Of a stretch of DNA of 64,000 nucleotides, positions 52,380 through 64,000 are shown piece after piece. The stretch's first letter is position 1. Each line of letters starts with the position of its first letter. The notes under the pieces are model-generated. The model worked only from the letters and a program-made list of their open reading frames with translations. It made no database searches and was not told where the DNA came from. The position numbers and the translations under genes were made by a program. The stretch lies in the NCBI RefSeq assembly GCF_006345805.1, contig NC_043001.1, forward strand, positions 99,758,001 through 99,822,000. The letters are read 5' to 3'. This DNA is from Octopus sinensis. Taxonomy: Eukaryota.

Positions 52380-53740
52380 TCTCTCCTGTGAGGATAAGCA
52401 ATCTGAGGCCAGTCTTCACTACATTATTTCCCATTATCCTGAGTCTCCCTTTTCTACAGATTTCAGCCACATTTAATGCTCAGCTCTTCTTTATGCAGCT
52501 ATCCTCGTCCATATACATTATACACAACCACACCAGCACAGCCGTCTCCCTTGCATATCCATCAGGTTCCTTTTGGGTTCAATTTTTCTCTCAACATATA
52601 TTTTGTCATACATGCACACAGACATTGCACATAAGGTGGAACATGCTAGTTTCATCTCCTTCTAGTCTTCACTTGTCTTCATAATTCAAAATCTATAAAG
52701 TGTATCTGTTTGTACACAAGCATCATACAATCTGCTTTTTACTCTGAGAGATAGAGAAGGGCCTTTTGTTACCAATAGAAGTGCTAGTAGTTCTTCTAGC
52801 CACCTGGTATAAATTCTCTGATATCTTATTCTTTCAATCCTGTCTCTTCACTTTCACGGCTCTCTCTCTCTACCACCCTATCCACTGCCATGGTCAAGCT
52901 GGAACCTACTAATTGGGTCTGTAGCACTCAGTAGGCTGTCCTGTAAGAACTTCCACCTGTCCTCTGTGTTATATGTTTATCACCACCTCCCCCTCGTCAA
53001 ATGCTTCATTAAGGACTTTTCTAAATCTCTGACTGTTCAATGAATCTTTAAGTTTCCATATTTTCCTTTTCTGGACAGGCTTGTGTCTGATCCTTGTAGC
53101 TCTAAATCTGAAGTCATTAATCGCTAACCTATGTTGGGTTGTACATTCTTCATCAAAGAAGAACTTTGCATTTATGACCATCTGTGTATCCTGCTTTCTG
53201 TTGAGAATGTAGTCAATTTGGCTTGTGTGCCCACCATATTGATAGGTGATCAGCTGGTTTCCAGAAGTTAGTGCTACAAGATAATTAAATCATTTGAATC
53301 ACAGAAACTTATTCCCTCCTTATTTTGAGAACCAAATCCATACCCTTCATATACATCATGGAATTCACTGTCATTCATCACCAAGGTAATCTGCAAAAGG
53401 GCTTCATAAAAACAGCCCTTTTGTTCATCTCACCTTATTGATTGAGGAACACAGACTGGGGTAAAAGCTGCTATCATATTTCCCAGGATTATTCTAAGCT
53501 TAATTATCCTGTCACACACACTTTGACTACCTCAGTCTTATTTACTCAGTTCTCTGTTACAAATATACCCAGGTCTCCCACACTTTCACTATTGCCTACT
53601 CAGAAGAAATTATATGGATATTCTTTTCCAGTGAGGAGTCTGGGTGAAGCATCATACATCTACACATTTCCATTCTAGCATTTCAACAACCTCACAAGAC
53701 ATACCTTTCATTGTACCTGTGTCAAGTGCACAGGAACAAC
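52380..53740 (-). mobile_element. Internally deleted RTE LINE (APE endonuclease and C-terminus)
   Basis: LDTGTMKGMSCEVVEMLE (~53730-53670), LITYQYGGHTSQIDYIL (~53255-53205), DEECTTQHRLAIND. Confidence 0.75.
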
Positions 53741-54229
53741 TTTCAATATCTAAAAAGAAGGTTTGTGGAATGTTTGATTGCTGGCAGAGCTCTTGCACAT
53801 TATCAAATATACAAATACCACTTTAGCGACATTACACCAAACTCAGTGGTGTGGAGATGGCCATGTAGTATTCCACTAAATTTAAGTTGTATAACAGTAT
53901 TCTGTCATAAAAGGAAGATTAGACTCCATACAATCATCATCATCGTTTAACGTCTGTTTTCCGTGCTAGCACGGGTTGGATGGTTTGACTGGGGTCTGGG
54001 AAGCCAGGAGGCTGCACCAGGCTCCAGTCTGATCTGGCAGTGTTTCTACAGTCGGATGCCCTTCCTAATGCCAACAATAATAAATAAAATTTATTGGGGA
54101 CAGACGATACAAACACAGTTTTTTATACAATGTAAGAAATCAAATATTAACATGTTGTGGATCCTTTTTGAATTATAAGTAAATACTAACTAGTCATGAG
54201 ATAAAATTGCAAGGGTATCAGAAACGTGT

Positions 54230-54780
54230 GTGCAGTGTTGTGTGAGGCTTAGATGGAAAACATATTCAGTTCATAGCTGGTGTCAACAAAATTGGTAACA
54301 TAACAGGCCAAAGTAAAGTTGGTAACATGACAAGCCAATGTTGAGTAGGCTGTGGCAGTAGAGTTAGCTGTCAAACAAATCGCCATGATAACACAGGATA
54401 TAATGATAGGTGTTGAATATTTGTCATGAAAATGGCGGTCGTTTGAAATCTGCTGGGCAAGCATCATTAGAATGACGGTAGTAAGAAGACTACTAGGCAA
54501 ACGGCATTGGAACAACGGTAACTGCATATGGTTTATGGTTTGAGGCAAAAGAGACTGGACAGCTGAAAAACTGCCATTTATATCTTCTTTGGCCTGGTGC
54601 TTGATTTTCCCACCAGGGGTAAAATGACTTGTTGTAGGGATACAATTTGATAGTTGTACTTGTCCAACTAACTCGTCCAATCACGTGATAGTTGAATGAG
54701 GAAGCTTTGTATAATCTAATTGAAGACATTTATTATTAAACAACTGCAGCTTTAACATCACACACATGCTTCTGGTAACC
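54230..54780 (-). mobile_element. Possible 3' LTR of the Gypsy element
   Basis: Lies downstream of the integrase; CCAAT and CACGTG at 54677-54687 and TATAAA at 54583-54578 on minus. Boundaries not established. Confidence 0.3.
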
Positions 54781-54994
54781 GCCTCTGCTATTGAACATCC
54801 CTGCTAGAACATTTGTTACTGGCAAATGGGTGATCACAGAAAATTCTAGTAACAGAAAGGTAAAAGAACAAAAGGAAAAGGAGGTAGCAAAACATACCAA
54901 ATGAATATGCAAAGAAAATATACAGAAAATAAGCAGTCAAATAATAAACACAAGAATGCCGAAAATGCATGAGTTCAGGCAATAATAAAATTGT

Positions 54995-56330
54995 TCAGAT
55001 GTAAACAATCTGACATAATTGTTTTGGCCAGTGCACTCTTCTACCACATGTTGTAGTGATGCATGTTGAAGCAGGGGTAGGTAACTGCCTTTTTGGAGGT
55101 GGTGGTAAAGGTGCCGTGTTTGCTGTTTGAAAAGATGCATAACAAAGGGGAACGTTTGGATCTGGAGTGACGGCTTCAGAGAAAACACGCTTCACTCTGT
55201 CTATTGACACTGTCTCTTTTTTTCTATGATTGTCTATGGTAAAAAGTTTGTGAGTCTTTGCAAGGACATGATAGGGTCCTTTATAAGGCTGTGTGAGGGG
55301 TCCTTGCACTGAGTCATCTCTGAAAAATACATATATCCAAGAAGAAATGTCTGCAAGAACAACAGTAGGAACAGTCGGATGTTGAGAAGACATAAGTGGA
55401 AGGTAAGCAAAGTAAGTTAGTAGTCTATGTACATAAGATGCAAGATCTTGAGTTGATAAATCTGTAGGTGCCAACATTTGGCCTGGAAGAGATAATGGTG
55501 AACCGTAGATAAGTTCAGTAGGAGAATATCCTAGATCTTCTTTAAAAGAAGAGCAACAACCTAAAAGGACAACAGGAAGGTACTCATTCCAATGGTGGGG
55601 ATCTGGGTAGGATCGTAATGCAGCTTTAAGTTGATGGTGGAATCTTTCTACCATACCATTAGATGCAGGATAGTAGATGGTTCAGTGGATATGCTTCATG
55701 TCTAAAATTTTTAGAAAGTTCTGTAAAAAGTTGTGACTGAACTGCCTTCCACGATCAGTAGTGGTCCTTAAAGCAACACCAAAATGTGAGATCCAAGTTG
55801 AAACTAGAGCTTGGTCAACTGACTATGCAGGAATATCACAAAAAGGAACAGTTTCAGGCCAATGTGAAAATCAGTCTTTACATGTATGAATGAAGCTGAA
55901 ACGGCGACAAGCAGGCCAAGGACTGACCAGGTCTATGGGAATATGCTTAAAATGAGCGTTTGGATGTTCAAAAGTGCCAAGGGGTGAACGAATATGCTTG
56001 TGTATCTTAGAACGCTGGCATTGTAAACAGGAGTGAGACCATGCAGTAATATGTCAACACATATTTGGCCAGAAAACCTGAGCTGACATAAGGTTTACTG
56101 AGGCAGCAACTCCAGGAAGAGATAACAAATGCAAAGCATTCAAAAACCAGTCTTTGGTGACACTCTGGAACTAGCAGACATGCAGAACCAGTTGAAATGT
56201 TGCATAATAAGGTCTGGTCTGCAGTCGGTACTGGAAGATATTCAATTTGCAACTGGCGAATTCTTCAAATGCGGTACCCAATGAAGTTAAAGCAGGCTGG
56301 TCAGTAGCTAAAGCAGATAAATTGATTTCA
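54995..56330 (-). mobile_element. Gypsy LTR-retrotransposon integrase remnant
   Basis: HHCC region (FWPNMC.HITAWSHSCLQCQRSKIH), core (HIPIDLV..TTDRGRQF..YPASNGMVERFHHQLK), GPY/F module PYKGPYHVL; 219-aa open C-terminal ORF at 54995-55654. Confidence 0.9.
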
Positions 56331-57749
56331 GAAACAGATGATGAGGAGCAGAGCGAAAGGTAGATTGTATGATGCTTGTGTACAAACAGAAATACTTTTA
56401 TGGATTTTGAATTATGAAGACAAGTCTAGAATACTAGAATTGTTACTCTGAGTTTCACACATATGAAACGTACATATGATTAATAAGAAAGAGAGAGAGA
56501 GAGATAGATGCCAGAAAAACACTGAGAAATTATTATTATTGGTATATGTTGCAAACTTTTGCAGACCAAAGCTGGATATACTGTCTGTAGTCATCAGCAT
56601 GGATGATTATAGCTCATGGCTTGATATAGACTTGACTGTTCAAATATCTGGAACATTACCAGGAGATATATCCACCAATACTGACAGATAGTATTTAGGA
56701 ACTTCTGTTGAAGAGTATAGTACCTATCTCAATATTTTGAGCTCTTTAGCAAGGCAAAAATCTACAGCTATGAGAATACTGGAATACTGGATAGCTCTAT
56801 TAATAATGTATGTTTGGTTCCTTAGCACCTGATTTTCCAGATACATGCAAAGAGGAGTGGAATTTTTAGTGTTCCATGAATTAAACGGACAAAGATGTTG
56901 ATGCTAATAAACCCTGAGACTGTTTGTAGAAAGCTTTGTATAATACTTTTTGATTTTGTCCGGCAGTGTTATACCTGCTCAATATACAACACCTTTGGAA
57001 AGACAGAATCCCCCAAGTGGTCAAGGAGCAGCATTTTGAACAGTTGCAAGTTGATTGTGGAATGGTGACAGTGTAGATATGTTGGTGAGTTTTGACTTTA
57101 GTATGTGATCTGGGAAACAATGTGGTCCAAGTAACTTATGAAATATATCTCTGTCAAAGAAGAGATTAGAGACTCTCTTGCTTATACTTGTTACCAGGTT
57201 CTAAATTATGTAACATTATTGATTGGAATTCTTGTGGCTGTATATTGCTTGCATTCCTGGCTCACTATAAGAGTAATGTTTTTTTTTTAACTGAACTAAA
57301 AGGAATTATCCAAATAGTTTCAAGAGTTGTTTTCATTAACACTTTTCTCATTTAGGTTGGTGGACATGAAACATTCCAGTTTTCTATCCCATCATGCGCA
57401 CTATTTAAATTCCTATTCTAAAGTTGAACCACATATATTAGTTACTAAGTTTTATATTAGACAAATATTTTTATACACCAACCATAGAAAAAGGGAAAAA
57501 GGCTAAAATTATCTATTTTCATAAGAGAAAATTAGAAGATAGTGTCATTACACACACATATAGAATATGTATGCGTATGGAAACAGCCTCTTTCTGGTGA
57601 CCTCTTATACAGCCCCAAAATAGCTGGGCTAATATATCTCAAAGATCTAGATGTGAAATGCTCAGAATACCAAAAAAAAAAAAAAAGAAAAAAAACCATG
57701 CATGGGTATATTTCCTGAAAACTTGAAGAAGACCTATCAATATGAAGTA

Positions 57750-58430
57750 AAGTCTCTCTTGGACTCATGACTGCTACCTTACATCGAACTTCAAAGGTTC
57801 TGCATTTACAATCCAAGAACAAGAGATTACTATGAAATATCGATTCACCAAAAGAGATAGTGAACCCTTTTCACCTCCAAGACGCAACTAAAAATGGAGA
57901 GTATGTCATATTTCTGTGGAAGACATCCCACATGGGATTAGCAGTTGCTCATAAAAATGTCATCAAGTCACTACTTCCTTATGCAAAAACAACATACCAT
58001 GTCTTTGAGACAGAAGACTGTCCTGGAATAAATATAGAGAATTCACTCATTTTATTGAAAACATACACAAGCATGAACACAAGGAATAATGGTGGAACAT
58101 TCCCATTGAAACATCTGTCAAGTTTAAACATAGCAGGCCAGATATTGTTGTTTGGAACAGAAAAAGAAACAAAAGTATGTACCAACATAGAGGTCAGCTT
58201 TCCTGCTGATGTGAATATCTCTTTGAAAATCAAATGGAAAGAGGATAACTAGGGACAACTGCTTTGAAACCTCCACCTTCTATATCTAAATTCTCGATTC
58301 TCACATTTATACCAGTAATGATTGGCAACACTTGATTTTGTGAGTAAATGCCTGAGTGACAATCTTGATAAGCAAGGGTTTTCAGTACAAGAAATCAACC
58401 AATTGACTCTCACATTACAAACACAATCTG
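57750..58430 (+). mobile_element. RLE non-LTR retrotransposon 3' fragment
   Basis: WRVCHISVEDIPHGISSC knuckle (~57895-57950); WWNIPIETSVKFKHSRPDIVVWNRK (~58090-58165); FIPVMIG. Confidence 0.75.
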
Positions 58431-59079
58431 TAAGGGGAAAATCTACCTCCATGAATCGCATCTGACTCATGTGTGTACCAAAATGTGGACATGAGTTGCT
58501 TAAAAGCAGGTTTAGGTAAGTGGATTCGATGTCTTGAAGCCTTCCCAAACTTGTAAGAATGATGCAGTTGATGTTCAAATTTATTAGCTAAACATTCAGT
58601 GAAGGACTCCACCTTAACTGAAAAGTTATTTACCAGAGAAGGCATTTTCAATTTTTGTATATAGCCGTAATTTATTTTTTTGTCTAGCATCATGAGAGCA
58701 TAAGCTGAAAGATCAGATTGTTGATATTAATAAGGCGTAACTTAAAAGATCAGATTGTAAGTGTAAATTTAGTTATGTTTCATTTTCTTCCTCTGAGATA
58801 TTTTATTGTCACGTGGACGGAATTTATTAAGGAAAAAATGATGCATGTGTGAGACAGTAATTGAGAATCTTAAATGAATTAATATTTGGTAGTCTGCTTC
58901 CAGTGGATGATGTCTTTCTTATCAAGCAATGATGTTTTCATAAGAATCTGACAATTTTATTAAGTAATTATTTCTATCAAGCCATGTTATATCCAATGGA
59001 GAACTGTTAGTTACAAATCTGATTCAATATGAAACATGAGAATAATGGAAATTTTAGTTAATTAGACATTCCTTTAACA

Positions 59080-59360
59080 AAATAAAATGTTAATAATCCA
59101 ATAATACAGTCTGTTGGCACCACTATTGACCTTCAATAGATTTGCTGCTTCAATATTCAATTGTTTTCCTCACTCACATCTCTTGATGGAACCACAACGC
59201 TGTTTCCATTTCTACTAACAATTCTATCAAGTATCTCTTCAGGTAGTTGCTTTTTTTTCAGACTTTCTAGAATTTCTTCAACTTTCTTGAATTACAGCTG
59301 GTATTTCAAATGATCTATAATAGTTAATTCGATCAATCATACCTTTTGCAGTATCGTCAG
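59080..59360 (-). mobile_element. Probable Gypsy integrase zinc-binding-region remnant
   Basis: QLPEEIL..RNGNSVVVPS..NRLYYWI resembles the G.RVVVP..R.YYWP segment. Confidence 0.4.
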
Positions 59361-60414
59361 CTCATAGAATAAACAGAGTTTAATATAACAGTGACAATTG
59401 TAAGGCAGCGAGCTAGTGGAATCCTTAGCCCACACTGAGCCAAATGCCTACAGCAGTATTTTGTCTGACTTTAACTTCTGAGTTCAAACTCCACTGAGGT
59501 CAGCTTTGCCTGTCATCCTTTCAAGATCAATGAAATAAGTACCAGTTGAATACTGGGGATGATGAAATTGACTTTTCCTCTTCCTTGAAATTACTGGCAT
59601 TGTGCCAAACTTTGAAACTCACACTACTTCAGCCTTTTAAATTGTCAAGAGATAAACAATGTAATGGAAAAGTTTTGTTTGTGAATTGTAAGGATCACCA
59701 GAAGTGTTGATCCTAGTATTTTACTGACATATTCATGAGGAGTAAAGAGTGGTCACTCATAAAGACATTAGAGTCTAAGTTTGAACCATTTGAATGCTTC
59801 TAAGTGTTTTCTATACAGAGAATCTTTGCTTCTCATCTGATGACTATTTACTGACATATTTATACATTTAAGTATATGAAAAGATGTTGGTTGAATGATT
59901 AAGTTACTGAACAAAAAATTCAAATGTTGAAAGTTCAAACCATTATAGGTAGTTAAAGCAATGTTTAACTTGAAATTTTTGCCTGCTAATATTTGATAAG
60001 AAGACATAAGAAGGTTCAAGTTCAGTTTATGCAAAGTGGGTTAAAAGAAGATTGTCTTTATTTGACTAAAGGATAGGAAACTCTTATGAATTTTATGGTT
60101 TCTAACTAAACTGAGTGTGGAACTTCATGTTGGAATAACAGCTATATTTGGTTTACAGAAACAGAATGTGGCGAGAGAAAAGCTGATCTTTTTTTCAGGG
60201 AGATTTGACTTCTCTTTCTAATAAATTGACCAACCATTTATTTTTAACTTTTCTGACCAGTGGAAATGTGTTTTGTTAAAAATATTTTACTATTTTATAA
60301 ATTACAATCATACTTTTATTTACCTATTTACTAATTTCACTATAAACATTAAAATGTTATTTAAAAACAAAAAGATGGGGAGAATGATTTTAGCTAAGTT
60401 ATTACAATTCTAAG

Positions 60415-60520
60415 CTATTACATATCCTTTCCAACTGTTCATTAGTCTGGAACAGGTATACATGGAGACACAACTTGATCCTTAAGGTTATCTTCAATGC
60501 TATGATGACCCCCATACACT
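60415..60520 (+). mobile_element. RLE retrotransposon CCHC remnant
   Basis: HILSNCSLVWNRYTWRHNLILKVI. Confidence 0.6.
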
Positions 60521-61447
60521 TGCTGGCTTCCGGTATGTGGAGTTCTTGACTGGTAGCACTTGCATGTGCAAGTTGTTTGCAAGACATCACATGGAAAAAT
60601 TTGTTAAAAGGCAGCATTTTAGATAAAGTGTAAAATAAAGTGTAACAAGTGAAAATGTCATACTGAATATTTGTCTTGGTGAAAAATGAACTGTTGCCGA
60701 TGTGTAAATATTACATGTCACCAAGTGTAAATACGTAACAGGTAAATACATATATTTCTTTACTACCCACAAGGGGCTAAACATAGAGGAGACAACAGGT
60801 AAATACATAACAGGCCTGATGTTCAAGCTTTCCCCTTTTTGTAGACACAAATACGCAATCATTATGAATGATACATCATTAAATACTGACGAGGTGTAAT
60901 TACTAAGGGTATCTACATGAAAACAGAGTTAAGTGTAGGTTAACAGGCTTTATGAAGTCAATTAAAATTGTTGAATTAATCAAAATTTCATCTGTACTGA
61001 GGGAAAAAAAGTGTTTAGATTTAATGATTTAATTCTGGTGAAGAAAGCAAGAAAAAAAAAAAAACAGAAATCTAAATTTGGGTGAATGTAATGTAAAGTG
61101 GTTCTAATCTTAGGCAAGTATAATGACAATCCTGGATATAATTGGGTTAGTGAAGCAAATCACTCACTAAATCTAATAAGATCAAATTATGTCCAGAGTT
61201 TTCACTCCACTTATTACAATTGCTAGATACCAGGTGACTGATAGATATAATGAACTTTTAATATGTATCACATCTTTATTTATAGTAAAGACATTGATAA
61301 ATAAACTACAAATATAAAAGCATCCCTCTCTCACACTCACTCTCTTTTATAGCCTTCTACTTGGCCAGCTCCTGTCAACCACCCTACCCATGCATGTATG
61401 GAAGATGGACATTAAACGATGATGATGATGATGATATATATATACAC

Positions 61448-61491
61448 ATAGATAGATAGATAGATACATACATAAGTAGATAGACAGACAA

Positions 61492-61558
<67 letters not shown>

Positions 61559-61590
61559 CATAGGTAGATAGATAGCTAGATAGATAGATA
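61448..61590. repeat. (GATA)n microsatellite
   Basis: Direct reading. Confidence 0.95.
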
Positions 61591-62701
61591 ATTGATCTTA
61601 TCATCACTTTTTCTCCCACTAACAAAGATCAGACAAAATTTGATGAAGCAGATTTTCTATGACCTGATATTGTTGCCAAGCTGCACAACACCACTTGTGT
61701 GTTGGTGATACTTGTTTACAACCATCATATGCTGCTGAGACAAGGATGCACACAAACACACATACACATCTGACAGGCTTCTTTCAGTTTCTGCCTACCA
61801 AAACCACTTGCAAGACATTGGTAAACATAGGGTAATGGTAGAAGAGACTATCTCACGGTACCATATCCTGAAATCAAGCTACAAACCCATGTTCGTGAAA
61901 TGAAATTCTCAAAAACACAACAATAATGACTATTTGTAATGCTCTTCGTTATCCTGTTCCATCTCCGTTCCATGCTAGAATGAGTGGACAGGTCAATGCG
62001 GTCTGAGTCAGTTCTTATTCAGAGCTACTGTTCCTCCTCCTCCACTTGTAGATGAGATGGAGGACCCTATCTCAATTGCCCATTTCTCTTTTCTACAGCT
62101 GGGTGCTCTTCCTGTCACCAACCAATTCACAGAGTGTACTCGGTGCATTTTATCAGGATACCAGCACTAGAGAGGTCTAATCTCTAAATGATCTAATCTC
62201 TACGTTGTTCCAACTCGTTAGTCAACCATGTTATGAAGTGTATTGAGAGCATTTCAGAGTGACACCAATGACAGTCTTCAGCTCTCTTGGTGAAATGTCT
62301 GAGAATGTGAATTAATGAGAAAATTGGTGGCAGAGGAGGAGCAGGAGGGGTGAGTGGAAGTTATAAGAGAGTGTGGGGAGAAAGAGTGATGGACAGTCTT
62401 AATAGGGAGGCAGTTGATGGTAAATAGGGTGAAAAGTGGTAAATGGTAAAAGTGAATAATGACAGTCAATAATGACTCAGGGAAAATGATTGATGGAATG
62501 TCAAAGGTTATGCTTTCTTTAAGTGACACCAGCAGAATATATCAAATAGAGAGAGAGAGAGATGGTTGGTTGTTTCGAAAGAAGTTGAATGATGGTGACT
62601 GAGTGATGGAAGGATGAATGACTGAGAGATGAGAGTGCATCAAAGAAAGTGGAAGATTTGATGAGAAACATATTTGATGAGAAATTCAACTATGTACATG
62701 T

Positions 62702-62750
<49 letters not shown>

Positions 62751-62777
62751 AATACATATATTATACATATACATGTG

Positions 62778-62997
62778 TGAGGAGGTGCAAAGAAGTTCCT
62801 CACTTTAAGGGTATTATGAAAGACCTGGTTGGAGGCCCAACCTTCTGAGTTCTTTTACAGGGCTTCACAAAACTGAAGGACTACTGCAAAAAGTGTGTAA
62901 ATCTGAGAGAGGGATATGTTGAATAAAATCATAATTAACTGATCCTCCTGTATTTTCTTTTACATAAAACCAAGAACTTTCCAGCAGCTCTTAGTAT
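62778..62997. mobile_element. Mariner-derived MITE
   Basis: Imperfect TIRs GAGGAGGTGCAAAGAAGTTCCTCACTTT and AAAACCAAGAACTTTCCAGCAGCTCTTAGTA, similar to the mariner end at 30470-30494. Confidence 0.55.
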
Positions 62998-63064
62998 ATA
63001 CAATATATACATATGTACACAGTATATATGTATAAATAATTGCATTTGTATACATGTGTGTGTG

Positions 63065-63099
<35 letters not shown>

Positions 63100-63101
<2 letters not shown>

Positions 63102-63537
63102 GACCCATTGAGGCAAGTGAAAATCAAAATCAAAATCAAACCAAATCAAATCAGATATCAGAAAGCAGAACCAAAATCGAAGTCAATCAACATCAATGGA
63201 AATTGCAGCTGTGATACCAGTGCTGGTGACAAGTAAGCGAATCATCCGATTGTGGCCGTTGCCAGCGCCGCCCCGACTGGCCTCTGTGCCGGTGGCACGT
63301 AAAAAGCACCATCCATCCGTGGCCGTTTGCCAGCTCCGTCTGGCACCTGTGCGGGCGGCACGTAAAAAGCACCCACTACACTCATGGAGTGGTTGGCGTT
63401 AGGAAGGACATCCAGCCGTAGAAACACTGCCAGATCAGACTGGGCCTGATGCAGCCTTCTGGCTTCACAGACCCCAGTTGAACCGTCCAACCCATGCTAG
63501 CATGGAAAGCGGACGCTAAATGATGATGATGATGATA
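63100..63537 (+). mobile_element. CpG-rich RTE 3' UTR copy: (CAAAAT)n, VNTR, tail
   Basis: AAAATCAAAATCAAAATC head, GTAAAAAGCACC units, (GAT)n tail at 63519-63536. Confidence 0.85.
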
Positions 63538-64000
63538 TATATGCATGTGTTTATATACAAACACACACACACATGTGTACATACACACACATTATGCCAT
63601 AAAGTTTTCATTACTCTCCCTATTTTCAAAGGTCTTCTCTCGCAACATCTATCGACAATGAATACAGTTGTTTGTCATCTTCTCCATGAAGCTAAGGGGA
63701 ACTTTTCTATATTCTATCTTGAGATATTAAAACCATTCTTGACTGTGAGTAACAAATTTTCTGATTTAATGTTTGTATTAGAGCAAAATAATAAAATTAA
63801 TCTCTCCCTTCAGCTGACTTATATTACTATAGATTATTTAGGAATAGCCCCAAGTATATTACATTTAAAATTTTCAATAATCACTTAATCAGCCTACTAC
63901 ATTACAGGTTTGTTCTGTGTGCCTGCTCATCCGTCTGTCTATAAATATACTATATACATACAAACATATATGAGCAGAATTTAGGTTTGTTAAAATATGT

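Noticed and set aside
57860-58252. 130-aa ORF as a host gene
   Set aside because: Overlapping frames carry CCHC and RPDIVV RLE motifs, so it is an off-frame ORF in a retrotransposon.
59174-59270. Minus-strand exon ending GAT|GTGAGT
   Set aside because: Weak acceptor; similarity to Gypsy integrase continues past the donor.
62240-62290. Minus-strand GAGAG-CTGAAGA..GAAA..CTCTC hammerhead-like string
   Set aside because: No proper stem II, stem III or UH triplet; at most a heavily decayed relic.

Overview
AT-rich, microsatellite-dense animal genomic DNA, most likely octopus. The species call is inferred from the tRNA/CORE-like SINEs and the very abundant RTE-LINE 3' ends with (GAT)n/(CAT)n tails; it was not checked against a database. 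Most of the window is decayed transposons: RTE LINEs, restriction-like-endonuclease (RLE) retrotransposons (HERO-like, R4/Dong-like), CR1-like LINEs, Gypsy pol remnants, Tc1, mariner and hAT transposase fragments, SINEs and Penelope-type short elements. Nearly all ORFs in the supplied track are TE fragments or microsatellite read-through. No complete host gene is visible. The best host-gene signal is a minus-strand exon candidate at 17518-17572 encoding the caspase active-site motif (Q|ACRG...VDTD), plus a second well-flanked minus-strand exon candidate at 8898-8984. The most unusual observation is a small inverted-repeat element family (34454-34927, 45470-45600) whose arms carry type-I hammerhead ribozyme folds. 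Other notable items are a minimal hammerhead at 40351, a VNTR inside the RTE 3' UTR, and a head-to-tail stack of R4/Dong-like elements at (AAT)n tracts.
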